From positions 111,476 to 175,475 of the forward strand of contig NMRA01000732.1 of assembly GCA_002633005.1 (NCBI GenBank): a DNA stretch of 64,000 nt, read 5' to 3'. The translations under genes and the position numbers were made by a program. A model generated the notes under the pieces. It saw only the letters and a list, made by a program, of their open reading frames with translations. It did not search any database and was not told the DNA's origin. This document shows, piece after piece, positions 12,601-32,200 of this stretch. Each line of letters begins with the position of its first letter. Position 1 is the first letter of the stretch. This stretch comes from Phoronis australis (lineage: Eukaryota; Animalia; Phoronida).

Positions 12601-15600
12601 GTGTAAATTGTCTATAGATTAAATTCTTCGTTTTCTAAATACACGAGAAAATCAAAAGAAATCAAAAAACAGTCTTGGGGTCATCTTCCAGATTCAGCTT
12701 AAATTTTGTGTATGTGATCATGGTGGGGTTCGGATGCAAAAATCCCCAGTTTAGCACTTATTGACCTCATCTTATAAAAAGCAGGTAGATTGCTATGCAA
12801 TGAGAGAAAACACATAATGAGATTAGGAAGTGGGACGTGAGGACTACAAAATAAAATTGATATTACTGATTTCACTGCATTCATCACGTGACAGGGGAGG
12901 TAAATCCGTAAGCACTTTTGTAGTGTTGAAGTGGGTGTCACTCAAGTGCTTCTACAAGCCAGTCTGTGGACACTGAAATTCAGGGTTTTGGATAGATCTT
13001 GGGTATGTGAACAAAATTTTAAAAATCTCTTGTATGGGTTTTTCATTTTTTGTTCTAAAAATGACCCAATGTTGGATTTTCTACATTTTTAAACAGATGT
13101 TTTTATCTTCGTTACATTTAAAATGGTTTCAAGAGAGATCATTAATGGGAATCAACATTTTAGGGACCATAATCCTGTCTGACATATCCATGTTACCATT
13201 TCACCCATTCAGTGTTCATAAGTGACCGTGGGTCAGAGATCATACAGGCACAAGCGCTGACATAATTGCCTGGTGCCAATACCCATAACGGTTGACGACC
13301 TTAGAAACAATTTCTGGCTGACTTGAATAATTCATGTGACTTTTAATGAAATATTCCCATTTGTACAATATTTCAAGGCAATTAAGCTTTTATTTATAAA
13401 AAATCTTTTGAATTAAGGGTTTGAGACTATATGAAGCAGTCGAACCGAAAATTATTTTTTCATTTTGAAGACAAAAGCTTACATTACAGGAAAGGCATCA
13501 ATGTCTAAAATGCAAAAATGAAAAAATTATCGAAATCGCATGGTGCATTTAAAAGTTATCACTATTTTTATGTGTCAAATTTTGACTTTATTTCAGGCGG
13601 GTGGGCCATCTTACAATGTCAGCAGCATAGGTTATGGATTTAAAGAGCTTAAACATTATTTTCACAAATATTTTAGCAGTAAAATTTAGTAACACGTATC
13701 TTTACCTACCATTCTGTACAATCCAAGAGTTTACTCCAGAATTTAATAATGCAGGTGTAATTTATTGAATTGAGTGGTTAAGCGCATGGACGGTTTCCAA
13801 AGTGCTAAATCTGTCACTGGTGTGGCAGCACAGGTTAGACTCATTGGAAAACATACACGTAAATAATATTTGTTTTTGGCTTATTTGGAAGCAAGACGTG
13901 GAAAACAAAAATGACGTTGATAGTGCAGCATAAGTCATCCTCAGTTACAATAGTAGACAGAAAACAAAATGTCATTGTCAAACATGCATGTGCAGTCGTT
14001 TCCTTGACAGAAATGTTATGGCCAAATTTCATGAAATTTCACCAAAGAAATCTAGTTATAGAAACTGCCACCAGGGGGCCAGCAGTATTCAAAGTATCTA
14101 AAAGTTGATGACTGATTTGATCACCATAGAAACATACTTACAAAAATTAATGAAGCCCCTTTATGAGGTTTATGAGATACAGCTGCATACTGCCCGTAGT
14201 CAGGCACCGTAAAATAGGAGATGGTATGTCTTTTTTATTGGCTGCTGCTTGAAAACGAACAAAAAGCCCATATTTTTTTATTTTTTATTTTCTTAGTCAG
14301 ATAGTGAACTAATAAAAAATGTCACTGGAAATCACCAGCACTCCGCAAACTGGTCCTCAGAGCACTTCAAAAATGGCAGAAATCAAAGACGTGGAATTGG
14401 GCAAAATTTACCGAATTTTGGCACTCCATTGAAGGTTAACGGAAACCCCTTTGAAAATTTAAAGACTGTCTTCTGTTAGAGAGGTTCAATGTATACATAA
14501 ACATAATAAAAAATTTTCGTTACGTTTTTTTTAAGCTGCTTTAATACAAATTCATTAACTGAACCTTTTTGAACCAAAAATGAGCTATTTTGCGCCAAAA
14601 TATTCACGATGCTCTAACTTGAAAAATAATGGCCCGAAAATTTTCAAATAAGCGTTTTGAACATATCACACCAGGATGTTTGTACACACAATTTTTTTTC
14701 GAGATCTGAGTCGGTAACCCTAATGTAGACCTTTTGGTACGTTCATGGAATGACAGTTAAATGGTTTCAAATTAGACTTACACAATTCTTATTACAAATT
14801 GTTTCTTATATAAAATAGGTATAGTTAACTCGCCACTCTTGTACATTCTTTAGAAAAGACCCCGAGATTCTGTGCCATGTTTTTTGGGAGTGCGAAGTTA
14901 TTCGGAATTTTTTGAAGTCAGTGAATAATTGGTTTACAGCCAAAACAAGGATTGTTGTTAGGTTGAGTTTGACAAAATTATTTTAGGGAAAGTGGGGGCC
15001 AAACATGTGATTAGTCTCCTTATTTGCTTAGTAAAACCTCATATACGTATACATATATATGGAGCTAGGTTAACTTCCAGACCTCCCTGCTTGCAATGGC
15101 TGAAAAGGAAATTTTTGAATATCATAACATAGAAAAGGTAATTTACTGTGAGAGCTTGAATTATGAAAACTTTAGAAAAAGATGGATCCCTGTTTAAGGA
15201 CTTTTTGTCTAACAGTGTAATAATTACACGTGTCTATAGTCGATTCCGGTGTGAATTGGGTGTGCATGTTCTTTATTAAAATACCTTAACTTGTGTATTT
15301 ACACCCCGGTTGCATGTTAAACGTTTATATTGTTTCTTCTGTAAGTTGTGGCTGTGAATGTAATAAATGTGTAAAAAAGTGTTAATTTGAATATCAATTA
15401 CTTGATGAGAGGCCTTTTTTGATTTTCAATGTTGTGTTCCCGCTTCAGCTGAGGAGAGAGCCAATGGTGCAGCTGATGGTGAAACAAAGGTTGAAAGTCA
15501 CAGGGAACTGGACGACAAGTTGTGCAAAATTTGTATGGATGCTAGCATAGACTGTGTGCTTTTGGAGTGTGGACACATGGTGACATGTACAAAGTGTGGT

Positions 15601-15669
15601 AAGGTGCTCTCCGAGTGTCCGATATGCAGACAGTTTGTGGTACGAGCGGTACATGTTTTCAAGGCATGA
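645..15669 (+). CDS. RNF34: E3 ubiquitin ligase RNF34/RFFL (CARP family): FYVE-like Zn finger, two SAP-like helical repeats, C-terminal C3HC4 RING; join(645..692,3280..3576,4370..4684,5961..6171,15449..15669), ~363 aa (may have a further 5' exon)
   Basis: All introns are GT-AG and the frame is preserved (1092 nt). Translation contains [67 protein letters not shown] and [49 protein letters not shown], which are the RNF34/RFFL signatures. The 14 nt of exon upstream of ATG645 are open, so the true start may lie further 5'. Confidence 0.9.
3280..3576 (+). CDS. RNF34: RNF34-like exon 2 (rest of FYVE-like finger + first helical repeat)
   Basis: tttacag| ... GCG|gtaatt; overlaps ORF 3304..3603. Confidence 0.9.
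3938..4158. repeat. GC-rich 24-bp minisatellite (cctcccagtgggcacctcctgtgg) x ~9, RNF34 intron 2
   Basis: Direct tandem copies visible, one of them shortened; explains the spurious PTGRPQEV / GLPVGTSC ORFs. Confidence 0.95.
4370..4684 (+). CDS. RNF34: RNF34-like exon 3 (acidic low-complexity linker)
   Basis: tttcag| ... AAT|gtaagt; in frame with ORF 4412..4696. Confidence 0.82.
5683..5845. repeat. ~163-bp inverted repeat (hairpin/MITE-like)
   Basis: gtcttttcattagacatcatcagga...gtgccaacata pairs with tatgttggcac...tcctgatgatgtctaatgaaaagac; arms ~65-70 bp with few mismatches. Confidence 0.85.
5961..6171 (+). CDS. RNF34: RNF34-like exon 4 ([29 protein letters not shown])
   Basis: gttag| ... 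G|gtagga; conserved CARP helical repeat. Confidence 0.9.
6620..12330. mobile_element. Tandem array of ~1.16-kb units, Helentron/HINE-like non-autonomous element (spans N gap)
   Basis: Unit starts at 6624, 7785 and 8942 (periods 1161, 1157), with a diverged copy at 11058-12270. The recurrent acttggcgaaatt motif also forms the terminal hairpin tacttggcgaaat-tt-atttcgccaagta (12301-12328). The tandem structure is certain; the family is inferred. Confidence 0.7.
10061..11057. other. Assembly gap
   Basis: Run of N inside the tandem array. Confidence 0.99.
12349..12484. mobile_element. Short hAT-type MITE remnant
   Basis: caggtgtggatcca ... tagatctgtgcctg imperfect terminal inverted repeats; no clean TSD. 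Confidence 0.4.
15449..15669 (+). CDS. RNF34: RNF34-like exon 5 (RING finger, stop)
   Basis: cttcag| acceptor, phase 1 matching exon 4; IAP-type RING ending VHVFKA-TGA. Confidence 0.92.
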
Positions 15670-16252
15670 GCAAAAGAACATTTTAACACTTCAGTTTGTG
15701 GCTTGGTAGCTTCATCGGTTATGCGTTGTCACGCAGGAATGTAGGAGGTTATTTGTGTCAAGATAGCTGTATATGAACGGCGGTTGGTTATAGAGGGCTT
15801 GCTGATTCTGGATCAAGCTGTGTAGATTCATGAGTTTGATGACATATTCCAGTGATGTTCTGTCATTGTTCATTAACTGTGTCCCAGGTTGATTGCTCAA
15901 AAGATTAGGAGAGTTATTTATTTTAGTGGTTTTGGGGACAATTTGTGTGAAGTAATTTTCACACCTGTTCAAGTCTGTTAAGGATGAGTCTTTGGGACCA
16001 TTAAACTTTTTCACAAGTATACACAACATTAGTACTAGAGTACAACGGCAGGATTTACTGCCAGCAGACATGTTTGAACTAAAACGATGCATAGAATAAT
16101 CCAACATAAAAAATTTACTGTGCATCTTTCAATTTTCTCACCCGGCCCTCTTTCTCTGTCAGACAATATAGTATGAGTGAGTGTTCACAAGGCATTGCAA
16201 GTTGAGATGATAAGATTATGTGAAATGAATTTCTACAAAGTTTATTACTTAA

Positions 16253-16982
16253 AGGCGAAGTCAACCTTTTTCCATGTCTTTTTTAGCAAAAATAAGGTTC
16301 TTTGATTATCCCAGTCATATTTTTCACTTTATTACAGTTTTTCGCAATTTAATTAATTATTCGTTCCCTACTCCGGAAGTGACGTTTTGGGAGGCAAGAA
16401 TTTCACGCCAATTTCTTTTCATATAGTCTCACTGTCAGAGCTGTTGAGTCAGTCATTGTTCTACCTCAGTTGTAATAAGTTCGGTAGTGGTTTGCTTTTG
16501 TTTACGAGTCAGTCAACATGCCAAACTCTTGCTGCCTACCGGGATATACTCATTATCGCCCAGGGCCTGTAATCAACTCTGCTGCGATGTTGAGTAGTGG
16601 GCTCAGGTCACTGTCCAGTGGGAGTGTGTCCCGGGACACTCGGGCAAGTGGGACAGTTGTTCCTCTGTCTGTGAGACAATAATGAGTACATCTTGGTATG
16701 CTGCAACAGTGTGGCATGTTGAATGACTCGTAAACAAAAGCAAACGAAGACCGAACTTATCACAACTGAGATAGAACAATGACTAACTCGGCAGCTCTCA
16801 CAGTCAGACTATATGAAAAGAATTTGATGCGAAATTCTTGCCTCCCAAAACGTCACTTCAGGAGTAGATAAAGAGTAATTGTTTAAATTACAAAAAGCTG
16901 TAATTAACTGAAAAATATGTCTGAGATAATCAACAAACCTTATTTTTGCTTAAAATGACATGAAAAAAGGTTGCCTTTGCCT
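16253..16982. mobile_element. Foldback non-autonomous DNA transposon with TTAA flanks (Kolobok-like)
   Basis: TTAA|aggcgaagtcaacc ... ggttgcctttgcct|TTAA; ~310-bp diverged inverted arms. Confidence 0.82.
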
Positions 16983-19900
16983 TTAAGCGAGGCAGTGTGA
17001 AAACTGGACTGCTGTTTTCTGTATTCTTCTGCATCATCAGTGTTGCCAGCACTTCAAAATGTTGTTGTCTTAGGTGAACTTGTATATACCATATTGTTCA
17101 ATTTGTTCTTTTTTAATCTGTTCGTTATTATTTTCATTGGACTGTCTAACTTAATATTATTTTGTAACCATCGTGTATGATTTGATAGTCATTAAAAATG
17201 CTATCACTACTAAAACTTGAACTAAGCTAGCGAAACATCAGAAGAACGGGTTTTGTGCTCTTGTGAAAATGTTGCTAAAATGTTAATGGTTCCTTATGAT
17301 TGATCACGTTAAGTAATGTTTGTAAGACTCTTCCACGTGCCTCTTAGAAACATCCATTTGCGGCAACCCAAATTCATAGTTGTTGTCTTTGCAATAGATT
17401 TTTCAAGACCAGTTTTATGTGGTATTGTATTTTAGATTTCAGAAACAGCTTGCGATTTCTGTGTGTTGATTTTTTATTAGGTAATTTTGTATTTACAAGG
17501 ACCAAAGAAGCATATTTTCAATCAAAGTTAAGTGTGCTGTTAGCTTACTGTGGCGAGTATTTTATTTTAAGATTCCCAAGGCATCTTGTCTCTACTCGTT
17601 TTCATTTTTTAAGGTTCATGTATGCCATAATTTTCATATATAGTTTGACAATATTGGTTGCAGGTATTGACATAAGTGTTTTTATGTGTTAAAGAATGTG
17701 AGCCACTTATTTTGTGTGCTTTGTTGAACTCGCTGTGCCTTTCTGGTTAGTTCAAGTTGAATATTACTTCTTTTAGATCATTATGCTGGAAATGACTGGA
17801 CATGGTTGATCTTTTATCTGAAGGAATGTGTAATGACAGAATGATAGCAAAAATATGTTTTGTAGTCTCTGGTGAGCTTGAGTAAAATGGAATTCCCTTA
17901 TCCATAAACATCATAAGTGAAGATTCAAACATTTCACACCACACTCTACAGTTCTGTGCAAACAAGCCAACCATTTGTTGACTAAGTATTGTAGAGTGTA
18001 GTCTGAAACGAAGAACAAATTTCTAACAATGCCTCTGAATAAGGGAATTTCATTTTACTGAATGGCGGGTTGTTTTTTGTTAGTCTTTGTGCCTTTCAGA
18101 CAGTAAAGCTCGATGTTATAAGCACTTTATAGCTGTTTAAATGCAGAAAAATAGAAACATAAGCTTCAATACATCGAGATTGTGCTCAGTGATAAAATGC
18201 TCAGAACAAGATTCACACCAAAGTTTTAGTGCAAGTGATGTCCTGTATTTTGGCATAATCTTATTACAGAGGAACTTGAAGGCTTAGTTAAGCAGTGTAT
18301 AGGCTTAACGAGTGTTCATTACTTCTTTGTTGAAGGGCATGCTTACTTTACTCTGTCTGCCTTACCAACTGAGAAGTCTGGCTTCTGCTACTGTACAAAC
18401 TTGTTTTCCGAGATTAAAGGATTTTGAAAATATGTTTGTACCTCTTTTGTAAGTAAGTGTGAACTAGTTTTCTCCGTACATGTTTAAACTGAAGATGGTT
18501 GTTACACGAGTTACGTGACAAATTGGTGCATAGACTATGTTTAACTGAAAGCAGATATTGTGTGTTAACTGTTGCTGGAAATGTACTAGGTAGCCAGTCT
18601 GTGGTTGGTTTCATTCTCCATTAACCAAATGATTTCACACAATCCATTGTAATGTGATGTCTATCTAATGTTTTGCCAATATTCTCATCTCTGATAAACG
18701 TATATTTTACTAGAAGCAGGTATTATTTTGGTCTTGCATTGCAGCAGTTTTGTGTGCTGCATTTTACACAAGGATATTGTACGTGCCATCATGAAGATTG
18801 AAAAGCAATAGTACATTTTCTGCTGCGCACAGTGGTTTGTTTTTGCCAATGAGTTATCTAACACGACATTGGGTTGTGGTCAGCCAGGTTCACTTTGATC
18901 AAAGGTGGCAATGTTTTCAGATTCACATTTTTCTGAACAAGATTAAAATGTACAAACTACATGCATGTCTAAAGTTTGCATATCTGTGAGCTTGTTGCTT
19001 GGGTCCTAATCCTGTTCTTATGCTGTTTCGATTTCTCATAAGGCTGCTGTTTGTTCAATGGCCATTACCTGTCAATCGCTTCAAAAACGTTCTCATTTTT
19101 GGTCGAGATGTGACCTTAAGTAAAAACTAGATGATGAACTGGGTAATAAAATACGAGTTGGCATTGCGTACTTTTAATTGCCAGTAACTGGCACACAACA
19201 CTTTCCAGAATTGCAAGTTAAGCTTGAACGTGTCTATGTGAACCTGTTCCTCAGGAACTGGTTACTTCACAACAGGACACCTGGCTGTGTGGACACGGCC
19301 TATGGTATGTATAACTATCAAGTCAGTCTCTACATGTTCATTAGAAGCTGGTGGGCTCAATCAATTGGGATACGGGACAATGTCCTTTTGTATACTTTAG
19401 CAAAAAAGAAGGTACATCATAGCAAAACAACATGACCAAAATTTCACTCAATATCAATGTTCAAGATTAACTCTCCAAAGCACTTCTAATTTTTTCGTGC
19501 AAGTCCTATTTTTGGTAGCCCCTCATGCAAAAGTGAAACATTTTAAAAACAATCCCTATCGTTACATGAAACAGTGCATAAAACATGAAAGTTTGCCATG
19601 AATCTACTTCACGGTCCATTTCTGCAACGTGTTTCAAAATTAGCCAACCTCAAATTTTTTCTATGGTCCTACATTTTTTTTCTCAAGCAAGTACCACCAC
19701 CTTAATTCTTTCACAGGCAATAAATGCAACAAAGGAAAACGACTTGTTCAGAACTTAAAATTTTACTAGAATTTGTTCATACATAAAAAGTACATTACAA
19801 TACAGATAAAATACCGCAACATCATATTCATAACTGACTAATAATACACAAGAAATACTACAACGGCACAAGGAACACCTGGCACGCCGCTGCCATGAAA

Positions 19901-20513
19901 CATTGCGACTTTAATCTAATTCTTCTCCAATGTACAAACTATATACACGTTTGTTTCATCGTTCACACATTACTATGACGTGCGACAACTGTACATGGCG
20001 GATCTAAGAAAATTTCATTATATACACGTTCACATTGTTGTCAATCAAAAATAATTGTGAAAAGGACTTCTTAACACACACTTTGTCACATTCACGCGCC
20101 AAACAATTTGGCAATGAAAGTTGAAACGCTTGTTCGTGAGATTTATGAACATCAAAAGCAACCAGTGATTTCCAGAAATACCCTGACAATTTTAACAGTA
20201 GATGTACAGAGATGTTGAAGCTGAAAAGAGTGAACTGGAAATTGATGTACTGCCAAAGTTAAGTAAATATACTCTACTCAGTGCAGCGAAATGCTACAGA
20301 CATCGTCTCGGAAAACCCTCCCAGGATGCTTTTCATTGACAAGGACTGTGGGAGAAACAGTACATGGTTACAAGCAGAAGCAGCATGGTCTCTAAACCTA
20401 CTTGAAAGGAGAATTTATACAATTTTACAACAGATACAGGTAGACATATGTCCACACTTCAAGGACCAGACGAAAGGGATGGCAGATAATGTATAACGAG
20501 TATCAGAGAATCA

Positions 20514-28724
<8,211 letters not shown>

Positions 28725-29236
28725 CCCTTACGTCTTTCCTGGACAAGTTCAACCAAAACGAAAAGTAATTAACGAAACAAAGTGGTTGATGTTTACGGAT
28801 TTTTCAAGAGACCGCCAATAGCTACTATATTCCCCAATAATGGCGGCCGTTACGATGGTGTATGAATAAACGAGAACTATTTTCAGAGCACTATTTTCTT
28901 CGTAGAACTCTGCTCCTTCAGCAACCTCATAAATGAAATAAATATTTTTTTGGATACGAAACCTTTTGCAATGTATCACCGCATTTGTCGTTGAAGATTT
29001 TAATTTTTGGTAGTTTGAGTGGAGTCGCAAACCTTCACCGCAATGCATGCTGGTCATTGTTGACATTCAACTATGGCAATGCTAGAAGAGGGATGAAGTA
29101 TTGATCAAATTCGACCAACAATTCATGTTTCTCCGCTGGTGATTGAGTGTTAGCGCAACATGTACCCTGACAAACGAGACCCTTTAGACACTGTAGTCAC
29201 TGTACTGGGATGTCAGTGAAGCATGTGAACTTTGAA
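28725..29236. promoter_or_regulatory. Putative bidirectional promoter / 5' UTRs between PP1c and the ankyrin gene
   Basis: Divergent ATGs are only 512 bp apart; locally CpG-richer; CCAAT at 28815 and 28834; YY1-like AATGGCGGCC at 28839-28848. Confidence 0.6.
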
Positions 29237-29255
29237 ATGACTGTCAAAAGAAAAG
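29237..29255 (+). CDS. Ankyrin gene coding micro-exon 1 (MTVKRK + G)
   Basis: aaATGACTGTCAAAAGAAAAG|gtatgt; phase 1 joins in frame to 30926. Confidence 0.68.
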
Positions 29256-32200
29256 GTATGTCTTCCGAGTTCCGGTTTGTTCCCCTGCCAGGCTGCCTGG
29301 CTTGAGTCGAGGACTTTAGCTGTTAATAAGCGTTTCCAACAGAGCCTTACTAGCTTAGTCCGCTTAGCCTGAGGTTCAGACAGTGCTTCCAGTTTTAGTG
29401 CTAGCCTCTCGTTTTTTTTTCTGACTATATGTACATTGATCCTGTCAGATAGTTACATAGAGTCCTTTAATACAAACGCAATGCCTATAGGCTATAGGCC
29501 CTGCTGCTTTTTATGCCATAATTTCAGTTTCTGAGTAGGCCTACCACTTTCTTGCGAATAGTATGCTAAGCCAAAGTTAGAAACCTGACTTAACTGTTGC
29601 ATTGCAATTTAGTGTCTTGTGTTTTGACATTACAAAGAATAAAGAAACTTTATATTTTATGGGTCTTGCATTGAGGCTACATTGATCCTTAGAAAAATGT
29701 CCAAATCTCGTTAACTTCACCAATTACTTTGGAACAGAAATAGCTTTATATCGGATTTGTGTGAAACTTTCAGTTAGTAAGCTTTATACACTGTTTTCCA
29801 AAACACTGGTATAAATTATTCCACTTTTGCACGATGGACAATCAAAAATAGGCCTTTTATGATTTTTTTTGATAAAAGTTGCTAAAAATGAAAACCAAAT
29901 TGTAATTTAAAAGATAAAAACGTTTATGAGGTTTCATCTTAAACATTCATATCAATTTAACAAAATGTGGTCATCTTTTTCGTACTGGTGTTTTGGTATG
30001 AATGTGCCTTTCTTTTGTGCTAAATTTTACTGAAAAGACATGGTCACATTACTTTTTAAATTACTGAGTGTTAGTTATAAAATTTAAATTCAATTTCTGC
30101 AGTCTTTCTAGTTTCTACTTTCAGAAAATATATACTTTTATTGGGTTAAAATCTATCTTGCTTTATCAAATGAGATTGGTTAAATACACGTATCCTTAAT
30201 TTATAACCTTAGAACAGTTTCTTTGTGTGTGGTGATATCACTGAAGAAGTTTATTTGTGCTTTGACCCTTTGAGAAATTATGTGAAATGGTAAGTGAATT
30301 TGAGTTATGAGTTTCAATCCAGTCATTGTGAGGGGATGGTACTTACAGGATGTGTCCCTCAGCTTGGCGTAGTCAAGATCACTTACTTCAGGTTGTCTTT
30401 TATGATCAAGGACTCATTCACACAGTATTTTTCAACATAAGAACTCCAGAAGTGGTTTGTTGAGTAAAAAATATATTCCACAAGGCTGTTTACTAAATTT
30501 TAATTCAGGAATTAACTGATGAAGATTGTGGTTCATCAAGGTTTGTGTATATGACTTATTATGAATATTTCAGGAAATTAACTTTTTGTGAAGAAAAAAT
30601 AGCCTTGAAAATTGATAACGTGTTGAGTGAGATTTTTATAGATGCACCAAACACATGAGTTCACTTTATTTGTGCTAGCTGACGGCTGTTATTTCATGAT
30701 CACTTATCTAAAAGTTTGGGTGGGTATCTCATACACCCCATTAACAACTAGTTCTGTACCTTTCCTGGGCCAAAGATCCTCTTTCACACACTAAAGCTGC
30801 ATCGTTGTGCACTTAGTTCTATGCCTTGAGCATGTACGCATGTACCACGTGTGGAAGATTATGACACAATTTTTATTTTGTTTCATTTGAACAGATTTCG
30901 AGTTGTTGTGCTCTCCATGTTGCAGATTTCCAGAAGGCATCAGCTTTCATAAACGAGTTTCTATTGAAACTGGGCGAACATGATGAATGTGCTGAACTCA
31001 GGGATGCTCTCAACTTAGCCTTACTGCACATGCAGCGGTTCTACCGCAAGCTGCGTCTGCGCTCGCAATCAAGGTCACCGCAGCGAACGTTGGGCTCATC
31101 ATTGCGAGATCACAGTCCCATGACACCATTCAGAGACACACTTGAAAAGTTCACTTTAAGGTGGATCAATCTAGAAAGTCCGAAACTTACAGCAAGTCTG
31201 CCTCTGGAAGGCAGTGACATGTTGCAGACTCTACCGTTAATGATACAGGCAGCAAAACAGGGAGATGAGCAACTTATGTTACAGCTTATTGAAAAAGGTA
31301 AGACCGGTGTTATATTGGTGTTTGTTTTGGTTTTTTGACACACCTGTCCACGGAAAGGAATGATGAATAAAATTTCTGTCTTTGAAGAAAGTTATTCGTT
31401 TCTGTTATCCTTCTTGTTCATCGCAAACTTTGCTTAATGTCAGAAACAAAGTTGCATTTGTAAAATTTGTAAATTTCTTTTTATGACCTTAACCCAGAAT
31501 CAATTTCTAACTGAATTTTGAGTTCCATAACGTAACACCCAATTACAATTTATTTCACACTACAATATTTAGTGAAGAGTGGTCTGCTATTTGACAGTGC
31601 TTTACAGCTTCTTAATTCACATTGGTTTCCTTGACGTGAAGTTTCACAATTGCCCTATGATACATTGCATCGCTTTTAATTTACAAAATAGCCACAGCGA
31701 TTCCTGTCGGAAGTAAGTACAATTACTGGTATTACAATCACGCATGCATTCATGCACTGTTTCAGGGAAAAATTATCTAGGCTTAAGGGAGGCCATGCAA
31801 ACTTGATACAAAATGTACATTTAGCAGACCAGTGTAATTTTTCTGAAATTTTGTAGTGAATGCCCAAAGCTAGACTTGTAATGGCAATCACTTAGTATAC
31901 CAGGGTACTTAATGTTTGTGCCATTTCAATACATAAGCCATTTGCTCTTCTCTGCTTGACTATTGCTCAGAAGCCATGTGTAGTTGAATTGCATCGGCTT
32001 GTATCATGTTCCTTGTTGAATTGAAGAATTCAGATTGAAATTGTCATTTTAAGAGAAAAATGCTCTAATTGTGTAACATTGCACAAATATGTTGACAACT
32101 TTCAATCGGCACAATAAACAGGAAAATGCTCTTGGCCCATCCCGAGGACCGGTGAGGGTAAAAAAGTATGGCCTGACTTAAAAATATTCTGTTAAAATAC

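Noticed and set aside
13190-14760. Repeat-like intronic block (also 1130-1990, 29670-30200, 53385-53645)
   Set aside because: Looks like decayed non-autonomous transposons, but I could not define matching ends or TSDs.
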